Source: Eledone cirrhosa | Lineage: Eukaryota | Direction: 5' to 3' | Assembly: GCA_964016885.1 (NCBI GenBank) | Contig: CAXHJY010000096.1 | Span: forward strand, 682,001-746,000 | DNA length: 64,000 nucleotides | Shown here: positions 61,901 through 64,000 of the stretch, in pieces | Position numbering within the stretch: the stretch's first letter is position 1 | Layout: each line of letters begins with the position of its first letter | Notes under the pieces: model-generated | What the model was told of the DNA's origin: nothing | Databases searched by the model: none | Seen by the model: the letters and a program-made list of their open reading frames with translations, nothing else | Translations under genes and position numbers: made by a program

Positions 61901-64000
61901 TCCCGCCAGCCAAGGGAAGATAATATTCAAAAAAATCAGGCGGAGATAATTTGTAAAAAAAATCAGGGGGAGATAATTTGTAAAAAAATCAGGGGGAGAT
62001 AATTTGTAAAAAAAAAAATCAGGGGGAGATAATTTGTAAAAAAAATCAGGGGGAGATAATTTGTAAAAAAAAATCAGGGGTAGATAATTTGTAAAAAAAA
62101 ATCAGGGGGAGATAATTTGTAAAAAAAAATCAGGGGCAGATAATTTGTAAAAAAAATGAAAGGGGAGATAATATCCAGCCGTCCAAGGGGAGATAATTTC
62201 CAGCCGTCCAAGGGGAGATAATTTCCAGCCGTCCAAGGGGAGAAAATTTCCATCCTTCCAAGGGGATATAATTTCCAGCCGGCCAAGGGGAGATAATTTC
62301 CATCCTTCCAAGGGGATATAATTTCCAGCCGTCCAAGGGGAGATAATTTTCAGCCGTCCAAGGAGAGGTAATTTCTAGCCGTCCAAGGAGAGATAATTTC
62401 CAGCCGTCCAAGGGGAGATAATTTCCAGCCGTCCAAGGGGAGATAATTTCCAGCCGTCCAAGGAGACATATTTTCCAGCCGTCCAAGGAGAGGTAATTCC
62501 TAGCCGTCCAAGGGGAGATAAATTCCAGCCTCCAAGGGGAGATAATTTCCAGCCAGCCAAGGGGAGATAATTTGTAAAAAAAATCAGGGGGAGATAATTT
62601 CTAAAAAAAATCAGGGGGAGATAATTTGTAAAAAAAAATCAGGGGGAGATAATTTGTAAAAAATAATCAGGGGGAGATAATTTGTAAAAAAAATCAAGGG
62701 GAGATAATTTCCAGCCGTCCAAGGGGAGATAATTTTCAGCCGTCCAAGGGGAGATAATTTCCCACCAGCCAAGGGAAGATAATATTTAAAAAAATTATGC
62801 GGAGATAATTTGTAAAAAAAATCAGGGGGAGATAATTTGTAAAAAAATCAGGGGGAGATAATTTGTAAAAAAAATCAGGGGGAGATAATTTGTAAAAAAA
62901 ATCAGGGGGAGATAATTTGTAAAAAAAAATCAGGGGTAGATAATTTGTAAAAAAAATCAGGGGGAGATAATTTGTAAAAAAAAATCAGGGGGAGATAATT
63001 TGTAAAAAAAATCAAGGGGAGATAATTTCCAGCCGTCCAAGGAGAGATAATTTTAAAAAAAATCAGGCGGAGATAATTTGTAAAAAAAAATCAGGGGGAG
63101 ATAATTTGTAAAAAAAAATCAGGGGGAGATAATTTGTAAAAAAAATCAAGGGGAGATAATTTCCAGCCGTCCAAGGGGAGATAATTTTCAGCCGTCCAAG
63201 GGGAGATAATTTCCCGCCAGCCAAGGGAAGATAATATTCAAAAAAATCAGGCGGAGATAATTTGTAAAAAAAATCAGGGGGAGATAATTTGTAAAAAAAT
63301 CAGGGGGAGATAATTTGTAAAAAAAAAAATCAGGGGGAGATAATTTGTAAAAAAAATCAGGGGGAGATAATTTGTAAAAAAAAATCAGGGGTAGATAATT
63401 TGTAAAAAAAAATCAGGGGGAGATAATTTGTAAAAAAAAATCAGGGGGAGATAATTTGTAAAAAAAATGAAAGGGGAGATAATATCCAGCCGTCCAAGGG
63501 GAGATAATTTCCAGCCGTCCAAGGAGAGATAATTTCCAGCCGTCCAAGGGGAGATAATTTCCATCCTTCCAAGGGGATATAATTTCCAGCCGTCCAAGGG
63601 GAGATAATTTCCATCCTTCCAAGGGGATATAATTTCCAGCCGTCCAAGGGGAGATAATTTTCAGCCGTCCAAGGAGAGGTAATTTCTAGCCGTCCAAGGA
63701 GAGATAATTTCCAGCCGTCCAAGGGGAGATAATTTCCAGCCGTCCAAGGGGAGATAATTTCCAGCCGTCCAAGGAGACATATTTTCCAGCCGTCCAAGGA
63801 GAGGTAATTCCTAGCCGTCCAAGGGGAGATAAATTCCAGCCTCCAAGGGGAGATAATTTCCAGCCAGCCAAGGGGAGATAATTTGTAAAAAAAATCAGGG
63901 GGAGATAATTTGTAAAAAAAATCAGGGGGAGATAATTTGTAAAAAAAAATCAGGGGGAGATAATTTGTAAAAAAAATCAAGGGGAGATAATTTCCAGCCG
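51400..64000. repeat. Copy 2 of the >=12.6-kb block (matches ~786-13,377), running off the window end
   Basis: Collinear ORF track with offset 50,623-50,625. The last bases of the window (...TTTCCAGCCG) correspond to position 13,377. Confidence 0.95.

Larger units (their letters stand above)
1..64000. repeat. Composite two-monomer satellite array (25-bp type A + 26-30-bp type B, shared core GGGGAGATAATTT) with nested higher-order repeats
   Basis: Every line consists of A (CAAGGGGAGATAATTTCCAGCCGTC) or B (CAGGGGGAGATAATTTGTAnT) monomers or their 1-4-nt variants, all in the same orientation. The array runs off both window ends. Confidence 0.99.

Noticed and set aside
429-63980. Minus-strand ORFs of 61-230 aa (e.g. 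3366-4058, 12818-13432, 7226-7801)
   Set aside because: They overlap in multiple frames with the same peptide, most start at TTG/CTG, and frames shift at variable A-tracts. They are fully explained by translating the satellite, and no recognisable domain is present.
1-64000. CRISPR-like repeat-spacer appearance
   Set aside because: The constant part is only 13-16 bp. The 'spacers' are 9-15 bp and of just two recurring types instead of unique sequences. No leader or cas genes are present.
1-64000. Telomerase-made long telomeric repeat (25-bp unit as in Kluyveromyces) or a two-template RT product
   Set aside because: The sequence does not resemble telomeric repeats I know. Exact kb-scale copying of rare variants indicates DNA-level duplication, not monomer-by-monomer templated synthesis. 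A subtelomeric location is not excluded.
1-64000. Pure sequencing or assembly artefact (e.g. rolling-circle concatemer)
   Set aside because: Nested, phylogenetically consistent variants and private differences between copies argue for a real evolved array. Individual large duplications still need read validation.
1-64000. Assignment to a known centromeric satellite (alpha satellite with CENP-B box, CEN180, HSat) or to a taxon
   Set aside because: I see no CENP-B box or recognisable consensus, and the monomer sizes do not fit. A database search is needed.

Overview
The whole 64 kb window is one uninterrupted, single-orientation composite satellite array of roughly 2,400 monomers (64,000 / ~26.5 bp). 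I see no unique sequence, transposon, RNA gene or credible protein-coding gene. Two related monomers share a 13-bp core, GGGGAGATAATTT. Type A is 25 bp (CAAGGGGAGATAATTTCCAGCCGTC, 52% GC). Type B is 26-30 bp (CAGGGGGAGATAATTTGT-A7..11-T, ~30% GC). They alternate in short runs joined by stereotyped junction variants. These runs form recurrent 100-450 bp cassettes, which are nested in higher-order duplications of 50, 98, 496/594, 831, 1,311, 1,517, 1,660, 1,685, 2,402, ~3,012, ~4,977, ~5,980, 10,578 and ~50,623 bp. The offsets were read from the ORF track and confirmed with rare shared variants. All listed ORFs are minus-strand by-products of the stop-free reverse complement of monomer A. The architecture best fits a eukaryotic heterochromatic satellite (centromeric, pericentromeric or subtelomeric) undergoing recent unequal exchange. 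Neither the organism nor any function can be determined from the sequence alone.
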